Source: Longimicrobiales bacterium (GTDB lineage Bacteria > Gemmatimonadota > Gemmatimonadetes > Longimicrobiales > Gaopeijiaceae). From it: 64,000 nt of DNA. The stretch covers positions 178,871 to 242,870 of the forward strand of contig CBDCKN010000012.1 of NCBI GenBank assembly GCA_965218295.1, written 5' to 3'. The first letter of the stretch is position 1. The number at the start of each line of letters is the position of its first letter. The notes beneath the pieces are model-generated. The model searched no databases. It was not told where the DNA came from and was given only the letters and a program-made list of their open reading frames with translations. Positions 39,719-50,294 of this stretch are shown piece after piece. The position numbers were made by a program, and so were the translations under genes.

Positions 39719-40359
39719 CCCAGCGGAGTTGACGCGACGTAGTCGGCGAACTGCTCCAGATCGCCCGCAGACATCGGAGCATCCGACACGTAATGGCTGT
39801 TCCACATTCCGGCCCGACGTATCACATCCGAATACGCGTAATACCCCAGCCATTCGCGGGAGGGCTGGCAGAGGGGGCAGGACGAGAGGGTCGCAATCAA
39901 TGTCTTCTCAAACCGGTTGCGCTCCTCCCGCAGGGGAATGGAGACGCATCGGAACCGGAATCGCGTGCTCAGCAGACGAGACACGCTTTGCTCGACGGGC
40001 TTACAACGATGACAAGTTTTCTCGTCCTGTTGTTCCCAGTGGCCTTTTCCGGGTGCTGGTGCAAGGCAGGGATGACTCGGGTCCTCGGACCGCATCGACG
40101 CACCGCCGAGGAACTTGCGAAACACGCTACCGTTCTTGTGGCCCTTGTAATGCTGCCGCAGCCGGCGAACTAAGGTCCCATCGGAGCGGGGATGGTTGCC
40201 GACCCGCACGATTCGACCAGCCGGAGCGTGTTGAGCCGACTCACCGTCCTCGTAGAAGAAGTACAAGCCATCCGTGATCGTAACCTCAGCGGGCTCCTCG
40301 AATGCGGGCAACGAGCCTATCAGCGCGTGTATCGTCCGACAGCCTGCTTCTGGAGACAT
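39715..40359 (-). CDS. GIY-YIG-like nuclease
   Basis: GLYFFYE...IVRVG...LVRRLRQH...SVFRK...FEKTLI; start refined to ATG at 40359. Confidence 0.55.
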   Translation of the reverse strand: MSPEAGCRTIHALIGSLPAFEEPAEVTITDGLYFFYEDGESAQHAPAGRIVRVGNHPRSDGTLVRRLRQHYKGHKNGSVFRKFLGGASMRSEDPSHPCLAPAPGKGHWEQQDEKTCHRCKPVEQSVSRLLSTRFRFRCVSIPLREERNRFEKTLIATLSSCPLCQPSREWLGYYAYSDVIRRAGMWNSHYVSDAPMSAGDLEQFADYVASTPLG

Positions 40360-40459
40360 ATTCCACCCACCACTTCGCCGCAGTCGCTTCAGGGCGTCTT
40401 TACGAATCTCCACGACCTCTAGGGATCTGGCAAGTCGCACTCTCTTGTCCGTACCCGCG

Positions 40460-40850
40460 TCCTCTCGGACGTGACCAAGCGGACCATGCAGGGCCACGTC
40501 CGGGACAACGTCGAGGAAGGGGCGAGGCTGTTCACCGACCGGCATTGGGGCTACTACGGGCTAAAATCCGAGTATATGCACGAGGTCATCGACCACGTTC
40601 ACGAGTACGTTAGGGGCCGCGTCCATACGAACGGAATCGAGAACTTCTGGTCCCTGCTCAAAGCGGACGATCGGCGGGACGTACGTGTCCATCGAGCCGT
40701 TCCACGTCACCCGCTATCTCGATGAGCAGGCATTCAGGTTCAACATGCGTGAGGATACCGATTCCGGTCGGTTCCTTACAGCCCTCAAGGGGATCATCGA
40801 CAGGCGAATCAGGTATTCCGAGTTGACCGGACAGGAGATGTGCGTTTCAT
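40460..40850 (+). pseudogene. IS1595-family transposase, frameshifted C-terminal fragment
   Basis: LFTD...Y...HEYVRGRVHTNGIENFWSLLK, then YLDEQAFRFN in another frame. Confidence 0.8.
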
Positions 40851-41028
40851 GAGCGAACCGAAGCGGCCCATCCACACCTCGAGCGTGGACCGAAGTCCCG
40901 AGCGGATCAGAGATCCAAGCGCGGGCCTGAACCGCATGAAGAGGGCATTGAAGCAGATTTTGAAAGTACCGAAGTCTGCTGCGATGAACGAACGGGAAGA
41001 CGAGGACGTGAAGGGGCGGACACGATAA
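40849..41028 (+). CDS. Small hypothetical protein following the IS1595 fragment
   Basis: ATG ORF with RMKRALKQILKVPK. Confidence 0.4.
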   Translation: MSEPKRPIHTSSVDRSPERIRDPSAGLNRMKRALKQILKVPKSAAMNEREDEDVKGRTR

Positions 41029-41142
41029 TGCCCGAAGACAACACCATCGAATTCTCCGTAGAGGGACATGCCCGCCATAACGGGCATGTCACCCTCGGGG
41101 GCTTCCTATACCAGCTTCGGAATCTTTATGAAGCCCTGAACC

Positions 41143-41841
41143 TCACTGATCGCCCCCTTTGGGTTGAGTTCTCCGGCTGGCCAGCTCCGTGTCAGGACGC
41201 TGCTCGCGAGTCCATTCCGCATGAGCCAGCTCCTCGGCCTCGAGCTCCTCGGCCGTCATCCCGCGCCACGCATCCACGATGTCGAAGAGCGCGCCCAGTT
41301 GACTCAGGCTCAGTTGCTCGAGCGCCTCGCATCCCTCCACCTCCGCCCACGGCATGCCCTCCACCCACGCCCCAGGGTCTAGGCACCCTCTCCGCACGGC
41401 CTCATTTGCCAGCCAGGCCTCGGTAACGCGGTAGCGGCCCGTCTCGCCCCCAGAGATCCCGAATCGGGAAGCGCCCCGCTCTCCACACGCCTCGCGCATT
41501 TGCTCCCGTGCGGCCTCATAGACCACGTGATCGGGCAGTGTAGTCGGGCGGGGCTCCCTTTTCGGGACGAGGGTAATGCTCACGAACTCGACTGTTCGTT
41601 CGATCACGTAAGACGAGGGGATCAGCCCGACCGGCTGCGAGGCGGGCGGGCGGTAACGATCGCGCACGAGTAATTCGGCTCGCCCGACTATCTTTTCCTC
41701 GACCGGCACTCGCCGCTCCCAGGGCCACTGCCAACCCGCCCACATTGGCAATAGCACGCCCATCGGCTCCCCAGGATTCTTGCCGACACGGAATTCAACC
41801 CGCCAGTGGGGTCGCTTCTTGGTGGCTCGTAAAAGCCTCAT
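41143..41841 (-). CDS. Hypothetical protein
   Basis: GGAGG RBS, ATG, 232-aa ORF. Confidence 0.55.
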   Translation of the reverse strand: MRLLRATKKRPHWRVEFRVGKNPGEPMGVLLPMWAGWQWPWERRVPVEEKIVGRAELLVRDRYRPPASQPVGLIPSSYVIERTVEFVSITLVPKREPRPTTLPDHVVYEAAREQMREACGERGASRFGISGGETGRYRVTEAWLANEAVRRGCLDPGAWVEGMPWAEVEGCEALEQLSLSQLGALFDIVDAWRGMTAEELEAEELAHAEWTREQRPDTELASRRTQPKGGDQ

Positions 41842-42129
41842 GGATGAACCTCCAACCGTTCAGTCGGACTCGGCGTATGTCTCAGCATGTCATCATCCTT
41901 CATGATACCAGCTGAGGGGCACCCGATCGCGCGTCCGCTCCTTGAGCGCCTCAGTGTGGGCATACTTTGCAGGCGGCCCGTGATGCCGTCCGCCACGGCT
42001 CGAACGAATTAGACCCTAGCCCAGCACGGTCTCTACATACTCCGCGCGCATCCAGGGCGCCGAGGCCACCGTCAACTCATCGATTATGGAGAGTCGAGCC
42101 CTGCGCCGCCAGAGCGCTCCTGTCGCTTT

Positions 42130-42485
42130 CAACGCCGAGTGCGCCCCGCTCGAGCAAGCGTTGGCGCTTGCGGCCGCAGGCCCGGTAGATGGCCGTGTCG
42201 TGCGCGAGCTGGGCGTGTTGGAGGAGGCGAGCGGCGGACCTGATGTGCTGTCCGGGGTCCAGGCCGTGCCCGGCGTCCAGGTCGCGGATGGCGGCCGCTC
42301 CTTGCGCGTGAGCGTCAGCACCTTGAACGGCCTTCCCTTTGGTCCCTTGGCCGTGGACTCCTTGGCGAGCCCCTCGCGGGTCCAGGCGTTCACGGCCCGC
42401 CGGGTGGTGTAGGGATGGCCGCCGAAGCGGGTCTCGGCCAAGTCCCGGAACGAGACATACCGTTAGATGCCCACGTCGGCGAGCG
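42130..42485 (-). pseudogene. Frameshifted partial copy of the Replic_Relax-like gene
   Basis: Near-identical DNA to about 18480-18820 (FGGHPYTTRRAVNAWTREGLAKEST...). Confidence 0.85.
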
Positions 42486-42705
42486 ACCGCTCTGAGCGGT
42501 CGCGGAAGGAGATCCCACCTGGGGCTGGAGCCAGACTCGCCAGACCGAGAGGCCCAGGCTGCCTGCGAGCACCACGGCGATGCCCGCCTAGATCCTAGAC
42601 GCCGTCTGCGTCAGAAGCTCGACGGCCTTCCCGCAGGGATCGATGGTCGGGAGCGACCCCCCGGAGGAGGGTGGCATGGTGTGCACATGCCAGCCCTCCC
42701 CGATG

Positions 42706-42790
42706 CCGATCGAGGCATCCCGAAAGGGGGGGTCGCTCCCTTCTACGGCCGCATGCCCCGGAGCGGCGTCGCCGCTCCGGCGGCCGTGCC
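42706..42790. repeat. Dispersed structured 85-bp repeat, copy 2
   Basis: Near-identical to 4268-4352. Confidence 0.8.
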
Positions 42791-43213
42791 CCAACGGCAA
42801 GACAGCCAGCGACATACGGAAGCGCTGGCGCGCACATGGGAATGACGTTTCGGTGCACATGCACCCCGATGTCTGATGTGCACTCGCCGATCGGCACCCA
42901 CCCTCGCCGATCGGCGTTCAAGATCCGCCTCCAGGGAGCCGTCTCGTGCGCCGTGTCGTTGAGGCCGTCGATCATCGTTCCGGCGCTCGAGAATCGGTGG
43001 AGGTCCTTCAACTCGACGATCCGCTTGAGGCAGGCCTGTCGGTCGCCATACTCCCCGAGCACCCGGGTGACCCGCCTGACGGATGGCCCGCCCGGTCCGG
43101 GCGGTCTCGCGGCGGGCCGCTTGGTTGGATGAGTTGGATGAGCCGGACGGGTCGGATGCTCGGGCTCTAGCGCCCACTAGAGGGTGCCGACCCAGGATCG
43201 GGGCGGGGTGTGG

Positions 43214-43936
43214 TCAGTCGAAGACGTGGACCCCTAGAGAGAAGAACACAACGCCGCCCGCCGCGTACCTGTAGTCGAGCCGCGCCCCCTCATCGACGAC
43301 TATCCAGTCGGTGAGAGAGCGCGAGTAGCGGACCCGGAAGTCCAGCGGCCACTTCAGGTGCAACGTCGAACCGGCGCCGATCGCCCACGGCCATCTTGCG
43401 AGGCGCTCGCGGTCTTCACCGGCCGTTCCGGTCTCGGGATTCGTCGCTCCGGAAGCGAACTCGGTCCACATTCGACGGATTCCACCGAAGACGTAGACCT
43501 GCGAGCGGCCGTCCCCTAGCCCGTGCCCGAAGAGGATGTTGCCACCCGCCCCGTACAGGTCGCTGAAGTCCCACTGGCCGGGCCAGACATCGTGAACGTT
43601 CCCGTTCGGGGTCGGAGAAATCGTGCCCTCAAGCTTGCGTCGGCTGGAGACGGCACTCTCGACCTCGCCGCCCACGAGCCAACTCCCCGGAAGCTCCAAG
43701 AGTAGCCCGACCGAGAGGTTGCCGGCAAGGGCGAGGCCCGAAGAGGACGATGTGCTTGAACTCGATCCCCCCTGGATGGTTACTTCCTTGGTGTGTTCGA
43801 CCGTAATCCGGCCTACCTCGGGAGCCAGGCGCACAAAGAAGACGGACTGCGCGTGGGCTTCGCCTGCCCCAATGCACAGGCTGGCAACCGCCAGCAAGCC
43901 AATCAACGCCCCTAGTCCACGCTCGTGAGTTTCCAA
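43214..43936 (-). CDS. Outer-membrane beta-barrel-like exported protein
   Basis: Signal peptide ending AHA-Q; alternating beta-strand pattern; C-terminal F. Confidence 0.65.
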   Translation of the reverse strand: METHERGLGALIGLLAVASLCIGAGEAHAQSVFFVRLAPEVGRITVEHTKEVTIQGGSSSSTSSSSGLALAGNLSVGLLLELPGSWLVGGEVESAVSSRRKLEGTISPTPNGNVHDVWPGQWDFSDLYGAGGNILFGHGLGDGRSQVYVFGGIRRMWTEFASGATNPETGTAGEDRERLARWPWAIGAGSTLHLKWPLDFRVRYSRSLTDWIVVDEGARLDYRYAAGGVVFFSLGVHVFD

Positions 43937-44329
43937 GATGCTTCGACTCTATTTCCAGTGAACCATGATTGATCGAGAAACCGAGTGGCCATCCTAACGT
44001 ACTGTTGGTGCCAGGAGCCATTGGGAAGACAATCCTCAGTTCGATGAACCTGTCCGTCAAGCTGGATTCCTGCCGTTTCGAGTTCACCCAGCGCTCGATG
44101 CTGACATCTAGGGTCGACTTGAGCTGCCGGGCCTCTCGCCGCATACCACAGATTTCCCATGCTCCTTCTAGCAGTTTCCTGTGTTAGCCGTGTCCCCACT
44201 GAGGACTCCGTCGCGTGGATCCTCCCCCGGGACCGTCTCTGGCGAATCACCAGTTCGCCGGCCCTCCAGCCAGTGTGGAAGCGCTACCGCCGAGGACCGG
44301 GCGCAGCGCCGACCGTGGGCGGCCCGGCT

Positions 44330-45601
44330 TCAGCTACTGGGAACGTCGATCGGGTGTTCCCGATCCCTGGGATGTTGGGAAGTCCCGGGCCGTGGGTCCC
44401 GGGCTCCATTCGCTTCCCCGGCCCTGAGCCGGTCCAGATAGTCGGCCCAGGCCTGCATCATCACGCGGCGCTCGGGCAGGAACGCCGTCCGGTTGTAGGC
44501 CCGGCCGTTGGGGTCCCTGACCCGGTGGGCCAGCTGGTGCTCGATGAAGTCGGGCCGGAAGCCCAGCACCTCGTCCAAGATGGTGCGCGCCATCGCCCGG
44601 AAGCCATGCGGCGTCATCCGGTCCGGAGGGATGTCCAAGGCCCGGAACGCCCCCCAAAAGGTGGTGTTGCTCATCGTCCGGTCGCGTTGCCGATAGCGCG
44701 CATTCGGGAACACGTAGCGGTGGTGCCCCGTCACGGGATGCAACTCGCGAAGGATCTCGACCGCCTGACGCGCCAGTGGGACCACATGCGGCGTGTCGGT
44801 CTTGGTCGCCGTGTAGCGCCACTCGGCTCCCTCGAGGTCGATGTCGGCCCATTCGGCCTTGCGCAACTCGCCGGGCCGCACGAAGAGCAGCGGCACCAGA
44901 CGCAGCGCGCACCGCACCGGCAGCGTGCCCGGGTAGCCGTCCAGGAGCCGGAGAAGCGGGCCGACCTCCTTCGGGTCGGTGATCGCCGGGAAGTGCTTCC
45001 GCTTCACCGGAGGGAAGGCTCCGCGCAGGTCCCCCGACACGTCCCGCTCCGCTCGGCCCGTTGCCACCGCATAGCGCAGCACCCGCCCACAGACCTGAAG
45101 CGTGCGATGCGCCGTGTCCAGGGTGCCGCGGGCTTCGATGCGGCGCAGCGCGGCCAGCAGCTCCGGTGCCGTGAGCTCCGCGACCGGCTTCGCTCCGATC
45201 CGCGGGAAGATGTCCCTACCCAGATCGCGCTCGAGTCGCCGAGCGTAGCTCGCGCACCAGTTCGGCGAGTGCTTGGCGAGCCATTCAGCGGCCACGGCCT
45301 CGAAGCTGTTCCTGGCCCATTGCCGCTTCGACTGCTTCTGCGCCTTCCGGTAGGCGCTCGGGTCGATGTCCTGGGCCAGAAGCTTGCGGGCCTCGTCCCT
45401 CCGCTCGCGGGCGAGCTTCAGCGAGACCTCGGGATAGATCCCCATGGAGATCCGCTTCTCTCTGTCGGCGAAGCGGTACTTGAAGCGCCAAGCCTTGGTG
45501 CCGCGCAGGGCGATCTCGAGGTACAGGCCGCGGCTGTCGTAGAGCTTGCGCGGCTTGTCGCGGGGCTTGGCCTTTCGGATGGCGGTGTCGGTCAGCGGCA
45601 T
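44330..45601 (-). CDS. int: P4-like tyrosine integrase of island A
   Basis: MPLTDTAIRKAKP arm-binding domain; RPGELR; PHGFRAMART; QLAH; AYNR. Confidence 0.95.
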   Translation of the reverse strand: MPLTDTAIRKAKPRDKPRKLYDSRGLYLEIALRGTKAWRFKYRFADREKRISMGIYPEVSLKLARERRDEARKLLAQDIDPSAYRKAQKQSKRQWARNSFEAVAAEWLAKHSPNWCASYARRLERDLGRDIFPRIGAKPVAELTAPELLAALRRIEARGTLDTAHRTLQVCGRVLRYAVATGRAERDVSGDLRGAFPPVKRKHFPAITDPKEVGPLLRLLDGYPGTLPVRCALRLVPLLFVRPGELRKAEWADIDLEGAEWRYTATKTDTPHVVPLARQAVEILRELHPVTGHHRYVFPNARYRQRDRTMSNTTFWGAFRALDIPPDRMTPHGFRAMARTILDEVLGFRPDFIEHQLAHRVRDPNGRAYNRTAFLPERRVMMQAWADYLDRLRAGEANGARDPRPGTSQHPRDREHPIDVPSS

Positions 45602-45770
45602 GTTGGGGCACCGATTGAGGTTTCAGGAATCTGCCCCAAAACATGCCCCAGAAAAGTCGTGGCTGTCAAGGGGTGGCACTGGACGTTCCGGGGTATGGGA
45701 AATCTCCCAACTCATTATATATCACGGTTTATGTGTACACTAAGGAACATTACTGCACGTCAATAGATGC

Positions 45771-45830
45771 GCCGGTGTAGTTCGATGATCCAGCGCACGA
45801 GGTTCGTATAGGCTTGCTGCCAGAACGGCT
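45771..45830 (-). pseudogene. virD4: virD4 middle segment stranded between the two islands
   Basis: Encodes PFWQQAYTNLVRWIIELHR, overlapping both flanking virD4 pieces. Confidence 0.88.
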
Positions 45831-45846
45831 AACCTATCGTGCGATG

Positions 45847-45871
45847 TAACTCATTTTTTATCAACGAGTTA
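45847..45871. promoter_or_regulatory. IHF-like site in the att arm
   Basis: TATCAACGAGTTA matches WATCAANNNNTTR, within a TAACTC...GAGTTA inverted repeat; related motifs near 22502, 45708 and 63710. Confidence 0.55.
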
Positions 45872-46015
45872 TGGATCAGTGTGAGCTTACGTGCCTACCA
45901 CTTTTTCCGCCGAGACCAAGCGGATTCTGCTGGCTCTCTGTGGCCGCGAGCGGACGTAACTGTTCGGCCAAGCCGTGGGGAGCGTCGTGTTGTCGGATCG
46001 TGTGTGTGGGGGTGC

Positions 46016-46897
46016 TCAGCGGTTGAGGATGCGCTTCCAGTGCTTGGCGAGCGGGCGGAGCCAGACATCCTTGGTGGGCTTGCCGTACTGCTTGGCGGTG
46101 TCGTAGCGCCCTCGTCCCCGTGTGGTACCGACGCGGATCCAACCGGAGGCCCTGTAGACGCCGCCGGTGAAGCGGGGGACCTCGACGAAGGTCTCGATGA
46201 GGACGGGGGTGGTGTTGTAGCGGCGGGTCCAGTCGCGGGGCAGGCGGCGGCGGACGAGGGCGAGGATGTGGGATCCGAGGTTGGGGATGCGGATCCAGGG
46301 CAGGATGAGGAACCTGGGGTTGTCGATGACGAGCGGCAGGTTCTTCTTTCGCAGGGTCGGGGTCCATCCGATGAAGCGGTCGCGTGGAGCGAGGGACCAG
46401 GCGGCGGTGCTGAAGCCGAGTATGGCGAGCGGCCAGCCGTTGCGGTCGTGGACGGCGTAGCGCATCTGGGCGCCGACGAGGGTCTTGTAGCCGAGATAGT
46501 GGTGGCGCGCGACGAACTCGTTCCACAGCCTGCCCTGTCGGGTGCCGCCGACGACGGTGCGGAGTTCGAGGGGGCGGACCTCGTCGAGGATCGTGGGCGG
46601 GGGGAAGAGGGGCGGTTCGGTGTCCTGTCCGAAGACGATGGGGCCGGGTCGTTTCTGCCTCCACTTCGGGGGCGGCAGGACGATGAGGCCGTCGCTGTGC
46701 ATGGCGAGCATGGTGACGCGCGCCATCATGTCCTTGAGCCCGCCGTCGGGCTTGAACCAGCCGATGCGCCGGCAGAACTCCTTCGACAGGGCGTGGCGGT
46801 TGAGCGCGGGCGGTCCGGCGATCAGTCGGCGCAGCAGCGCCATTTCCGCGGCGGTGAAGTCGCGCCCGTGGTAGCGGCATTCGATGCGCTCGCTCAT
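46016..46897 (-). CDS. DUF4338 (DruA-like) domain protein
   Basis: Identical to 2640-3521. Confidence 0.82.
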   Translation of the reverse strand: MSERIECRYHGRDFTAAEMALLRRLIAGPPALNRHALSKEFCRRIGWFKPDGGLKDMMARVTMLAMHSDGLIVLPPPKWRQKRPGPIVFGQDTEPPLFPPPTILDEVRPLELRTVVGGTRQGRLWNEFVARHHYLGYKTLVGAQMRYAVHDRNGWPLAILGFSTAAWSLAPRDRFIGWTPTLRKKNLPLVIDNPRFLILPWIRIPNLGSHILALVRRRLPRDWTRRYNTTPVLIETFVEVPRFTGGVYRASGWIRVGTTRGRGRYDTAKQYGKPTKDVWLRPLAKHWKRILNR

Positions 46898-49164
46898 GCG
46901 GACGCCGTCATTTCGCGCCTGCGTCCGGCGTCCATCGACCACGGCAGCCAGGGCGACAGGTCGCCCGGCGGGCGACCGCCGCCGCGCGCGCACGCCGCCA
47001 ACCAGTCGGCGAGCCAGCGCGGCACGTCGAGGCCGTTCAGCCTCAGGGTGCCGGTCACCGAGTACATGAGCGCGGTGAACCGGGCGCCGGACTCGCTGTC
47101 GGAGCCGAACGACAGGCGCCGCCCGATGGCCGGGCCGCGCAGCAGCCGCTCGGCGAGGTTGTTGTCGAGCGGCACGCGGGGCCGGTCGAGGAAGACGCTC
47201 AGCCCCTCGCGGTGGTTGAGGAGCGAGCGCAGCGGCCCTCCCTCCCTCGCCTTTGGCGACAGGCGGGCGAGTTGGCGTTCGGAGGCCGCGAACATGCCGC
47301 CGAGCGCCTCGCTCAGCGCGTCGTGCGCCGCGTCGAACGCCGGGCTCTGGCGCTCGAGGCCGGGGTCGTGGAGCTCCAGCCGCGCCTTGTGCAGGCGGTA
47401 GACCGTGGCGATCCGCCCGAGCCACTCCCGGCACCAGCCGGTCAGATGGACGTGCCCGGCCGCGCACCGGATGAAGTCCCTGCGCATGTGCGCCCAGCAG
47501 AACGACAGCGTGACCCTGCCCCCGAGGAGACGCGCCAGCTTCTTGTAGCCGCTGTAGCGGTCGCAGACGAGGACCGTCGGGCACAGCGCCCCGTCGAACA
47601 GCTTCCGGGCCGCCTCGGCGCTGCGTGACGGATCCACATGGAAGTAGGCCGCGCCGCGGCCGACCGAGATCCACAGCCACGCGTACCCCGATCCGTCGCT
47701 GTCGCGCAGCGCCCGCACCCGCCAGCTGGTCTCGTCGGCATGGCGCAGCGCCGAGCCGTTCTGGTGCGCGAGGATCGCCGCGCCCACCGGCTCGAACAAC
47801 GGCGCCAAGCGGTGCACGCTGTCCGCCAGCGTGCCCGGCGAGACCGGCAGACCCTGGTCGGACAGCCACCCGCAGACCCGGTGCAGCGGGCGCAGGCACG
47901 CGTAGCGCTCGAACAGGAAGCGCGACCAGACGCTCGTCCCGTACGGCGTGCGGGCGAACAGCCGAGGCACGGGGGGCGCCGTCACTTCGGCGGGCGACGA
48001 CGCGCACCCGCACGTCCGCCGCCAGCGCGGGCGGCGGATCACCCGCCGGTGCGCCCGGACCTCGATCTCGACGAGGGCCGACTCCTCGGCGCCGTTGGCC
48101 GCGTACGGGCTCCCGCAACCCCGGCACACCCGCGCATCGGCGGGCGGGTTGTGCTCCTCGGTGCGTTCCTCAAGCCCCGGGCGCGGGGTGCGGCCGTGGA
48201 CCGGCGTGCCGGGCTGCTGGCCCCGCCGCCGCCCCGAACGCGGTCGCTCCTGCCTCTCGCACGCGCCGCCGGACTGCCCCTTCGGCAGCACCGTGCGCGA
48301 CGCGCGAAGCTTCGCCAGTTGGCCCTCGAGGCGCTCGATCCGCCGCCGCGACGCCCGCATCCTCCTGCCGAGCCGGGTCTTCTCCCGCGTCAGCGAGCCG
48401 ATCGTCGCCCTCTGGCGCCGCGATCTGCGCAAGGCCTTGCGCAACTCCGCGTCGGCGGCCGACGGCGACCGCGCCCGCCCCGCCTCGACCGCACGCCGCA
48501 GCCGCGCCGTCAGGCGGCCCTTCGACGCCTCCGAGACCTTCAGCGCCCAGCGAAGCGCCCCGACCTCCTCCGACAGCGACTCGACCCGGTCCCGCTGGTC
48601 CCCCAGCTTCGACAGTTCGCCGTGGATCTCGAGCATCTCGCGCAACTGCCGCCGCAGCGCCAGGATGTCCGCGTCCGCTTCGATGCGGGCCTTGTGAAGG
48701 TTCTGCACCTCGGCCGCGCGGGCATCGAGCGCCTTCTCCAGCGCCCAACCCTCCTCGCGAAGCCGTGCCACCTCCATCCGAAGCGCCATCTCCGTGCCGC
48801 GCTTCCCCGCGTCCACCCCGGCCTCCCGCAGCAGCCCGTGCAGACGCCCCACCTCGCGCTGCAACGCCAGGGCGTCCCACGCCGCGCGGCGGGCCTCCCG
48901 CGTCTCCGCGATCACCGCCCTCAGCTTCCGGCGCGACGCCTCCCACCGCCACTTCCACGATCCCGCTTCGCAGCGCGCCCGCACCTCCGCCCACCGCAAC
49001 TCCTCCGCGCGGGCCACCGCCGCCTCCGCTCGCTCGCGCTCCCGCTCGTACAGCGACCGCCAGTCCCCAAGCTCCGACTCCACGGAACCGGGCACCGGCC
49101 AAAGCTCCTCCAGCCCCTCGGCCAGCGCCACGTTCGCATGTCCGTTGCCGTCCCGCATCGCCAT
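46894..49164 (-). CDS. IS66-family transposase
   Basis: Identical to 373-2643. Confidence 0.92.
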   Translation of the reverse strand: MAMRDGNGHANVALAEGLEELWPVPGSVESELGDWRSLYERERERAEAAVARAEELRWAEVRARCEAGSWKWRWEASRRKLRAVIAETREARRAAWDALALQREVGRLHGLLREAGVDAGKRGTEMALRMEVARLREEGWALEKALDARAAEVQNLHKARIEADADILALRRQLREMLEIHGELSKLGDQRDRVESLSEEVGALRWALKVSEASKGRLTARLRRAVEAGRARSPSAADAELRKALRRSRRQRATIGSLTREKTRLGRRMRASRRRIERLEGQLAKLRASRTVLPKGQSGGACERQERPRSGRRRGQQPGTPVHGRTPRPGLEERTEEHNPPADARVCRGCGSPYAANGAEESALVEIEVRAHRRVIRRPRWRRTCGCASSPAEVTAPPVPRLFARTPYGTSVWSRFLFERYACLRPLHRVCGWLSDQGLPVSPGTLADSVHRLAPLFEPVGAAILAHQNGSALRHADETSWRVRALRDSDGSGYAWLWISVGRGAAYFHVDPSRSAEAARKLFDGALCPTVLVCDRYSGYKKLARLLGGRVTLSFCWAHMRRDFIRCAAGHVHLTGWCREWLGRIATVYRLHKARLELHDPGLERQSPAFDAAHDALSEALGGMFAASERQLARLSPKAREGGPLRSLLNHREGLSVFLDRPRVPLDNNLAERLLRGPAIGRRLSFGSDSESGARFTALMYSVTGTLRLNGLDVPRWLADWLAACARGGGRPPGDLSPWLPWSMDAGRRREMTASA

Positions 49165-50237
49165 GCCCTCGACGATACTACATTCCGGATCACGTTACCA
49201 GACCCCACCACACGATCCGACAACACGACGCTCCCCACGGCTTGGCCGAACAGTTACGAGCGGACGTAAGCGATGGAGTTGACTCGTACCCGTTCGGCCC
49301 GACCGTGGCAGAGCCGTCGGTCGGATCCTCTCCACAGCGATCAATCCCCCTTGGGTTACTGTCGGGCTTGGGGCACCCGTCCCGGCGCTAGACCTCCCTC
49401 GGGCGGAGTAACGGAAGATGGTCGTCAGCTGCGAAGTCCTTTAGTGAGGTGTCGCCTGAGCGGTGCTTCACGCCGGGAGGCAATCAGGGACCGAGACATC
49501 GCCATTATCGCCGCACGAGTCGCCGGGGCTTCCCTGGGAGGCATTGCGGCGGACTTCGGCATTCATCCGGTCCACGGTGCTCCGGGTGCTGAACCGTGGT
49601 GGTGCGCGAACCAAGACAGGATAGACGCGGGGTCCGGGGGGCCTACCGGGCAGTTGGGCGGGCGATGGGCAAAGAGGTGGATGTGGAAGGGGGGCAGGTG
49701 CTGGACCGGGGTGTGCCACAAGCCAACGCCAGAAGGGTTAGGCCACCTCGTCGCCGCGTTGGACGTGGTGCTGGACTCCAGAACCTCGGTTCCGGCGGGG
49801 TTGCCGTTCCCATCTGGGGCCTGACCGAGTCGGACACCTGATCGGCGCTGTACACGTGCACGCGGGCGTTCAGCGGCGTTCGCGGTTCCCTCGGCGGGCT
49901 GGCCACCGCCGCCGACGTGCCGTTCTGATCGGTGAACCCGGCCCCGCGCCCTCCACCGCCGATGTCTGGCTCGGCCTTCCCCACGCGGTCGGTTTCATGG
50001 GTGATTGTATACCTCTCACAGAATCCGCATAGCTATGCACTAGCGTCTCAACAATATACAGGCCCATATGTAACCCGTGTCGGGCTGTATAATCATGCGT
50101 CGGGTGTGCTCCTCGGAAATGTCGGAGACCTCGATAGTAGGCCACGAGGCTCTTTTCGATCTTAGCGTTTCTCCGGCGGTCGAGGCGGCGGCGGCGGCGG
50201 CGGCCTCTCTGGTGGAGGCCACCCATCCTGGCGTGCC

Positions 50238-50294
50238 GGCGGCCTAGGTGCTGGCGGCCTAGGTGCTGGCGGGCTAGGTGCTGGCGGGCTAGGT
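50238..50294. repeat. 15-bp tandem repeat GGCGG(C/G)CTAGGTGCT, about 4 copies
   Basis: Read directly; overlaps the stop of 50289-50810. Confidence 0.85.

Larger units (their letters stand above)
22475..45777. mobile_element. Island A: tyrosine-integrase defence island integrated in virD4
   Basis: GCCGGTG at 22475-22481 and 45771-45777; removal restores ...IELHRLLPGGW...; integrase at the right end; paired TGCCCC motifs 12 bp apart at both ends (22548/22560, 45632/45644). Confidence 0.88.
45956..49257 (-). mobile_element. IS66-family element (copy 3)
   Basis: Reverse complement of 280-3581; 8-bp target duplication GAGCGGAC (45948-45955, 49258-49265). Confidence 0.95.

Noticed and set aside
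5919..40850. One IS1595 split by a 34-kb insertion
   Set aside because: Central catalytic region missing from both pieces, no shared junction, and the C-terminal piece lies inside island A; treated as independent relics
43960..44250. ApeA/HEPN-like gene
   Set aside because: Only a short fragment (IERWVNSK...DRFIELRI) with no catalytic motif; too weak to call
45600..45960. tRNA or tmRNA integration target
   Set aside because: No tRNA-like sequence; both att sites lie in virD4 coding sequence
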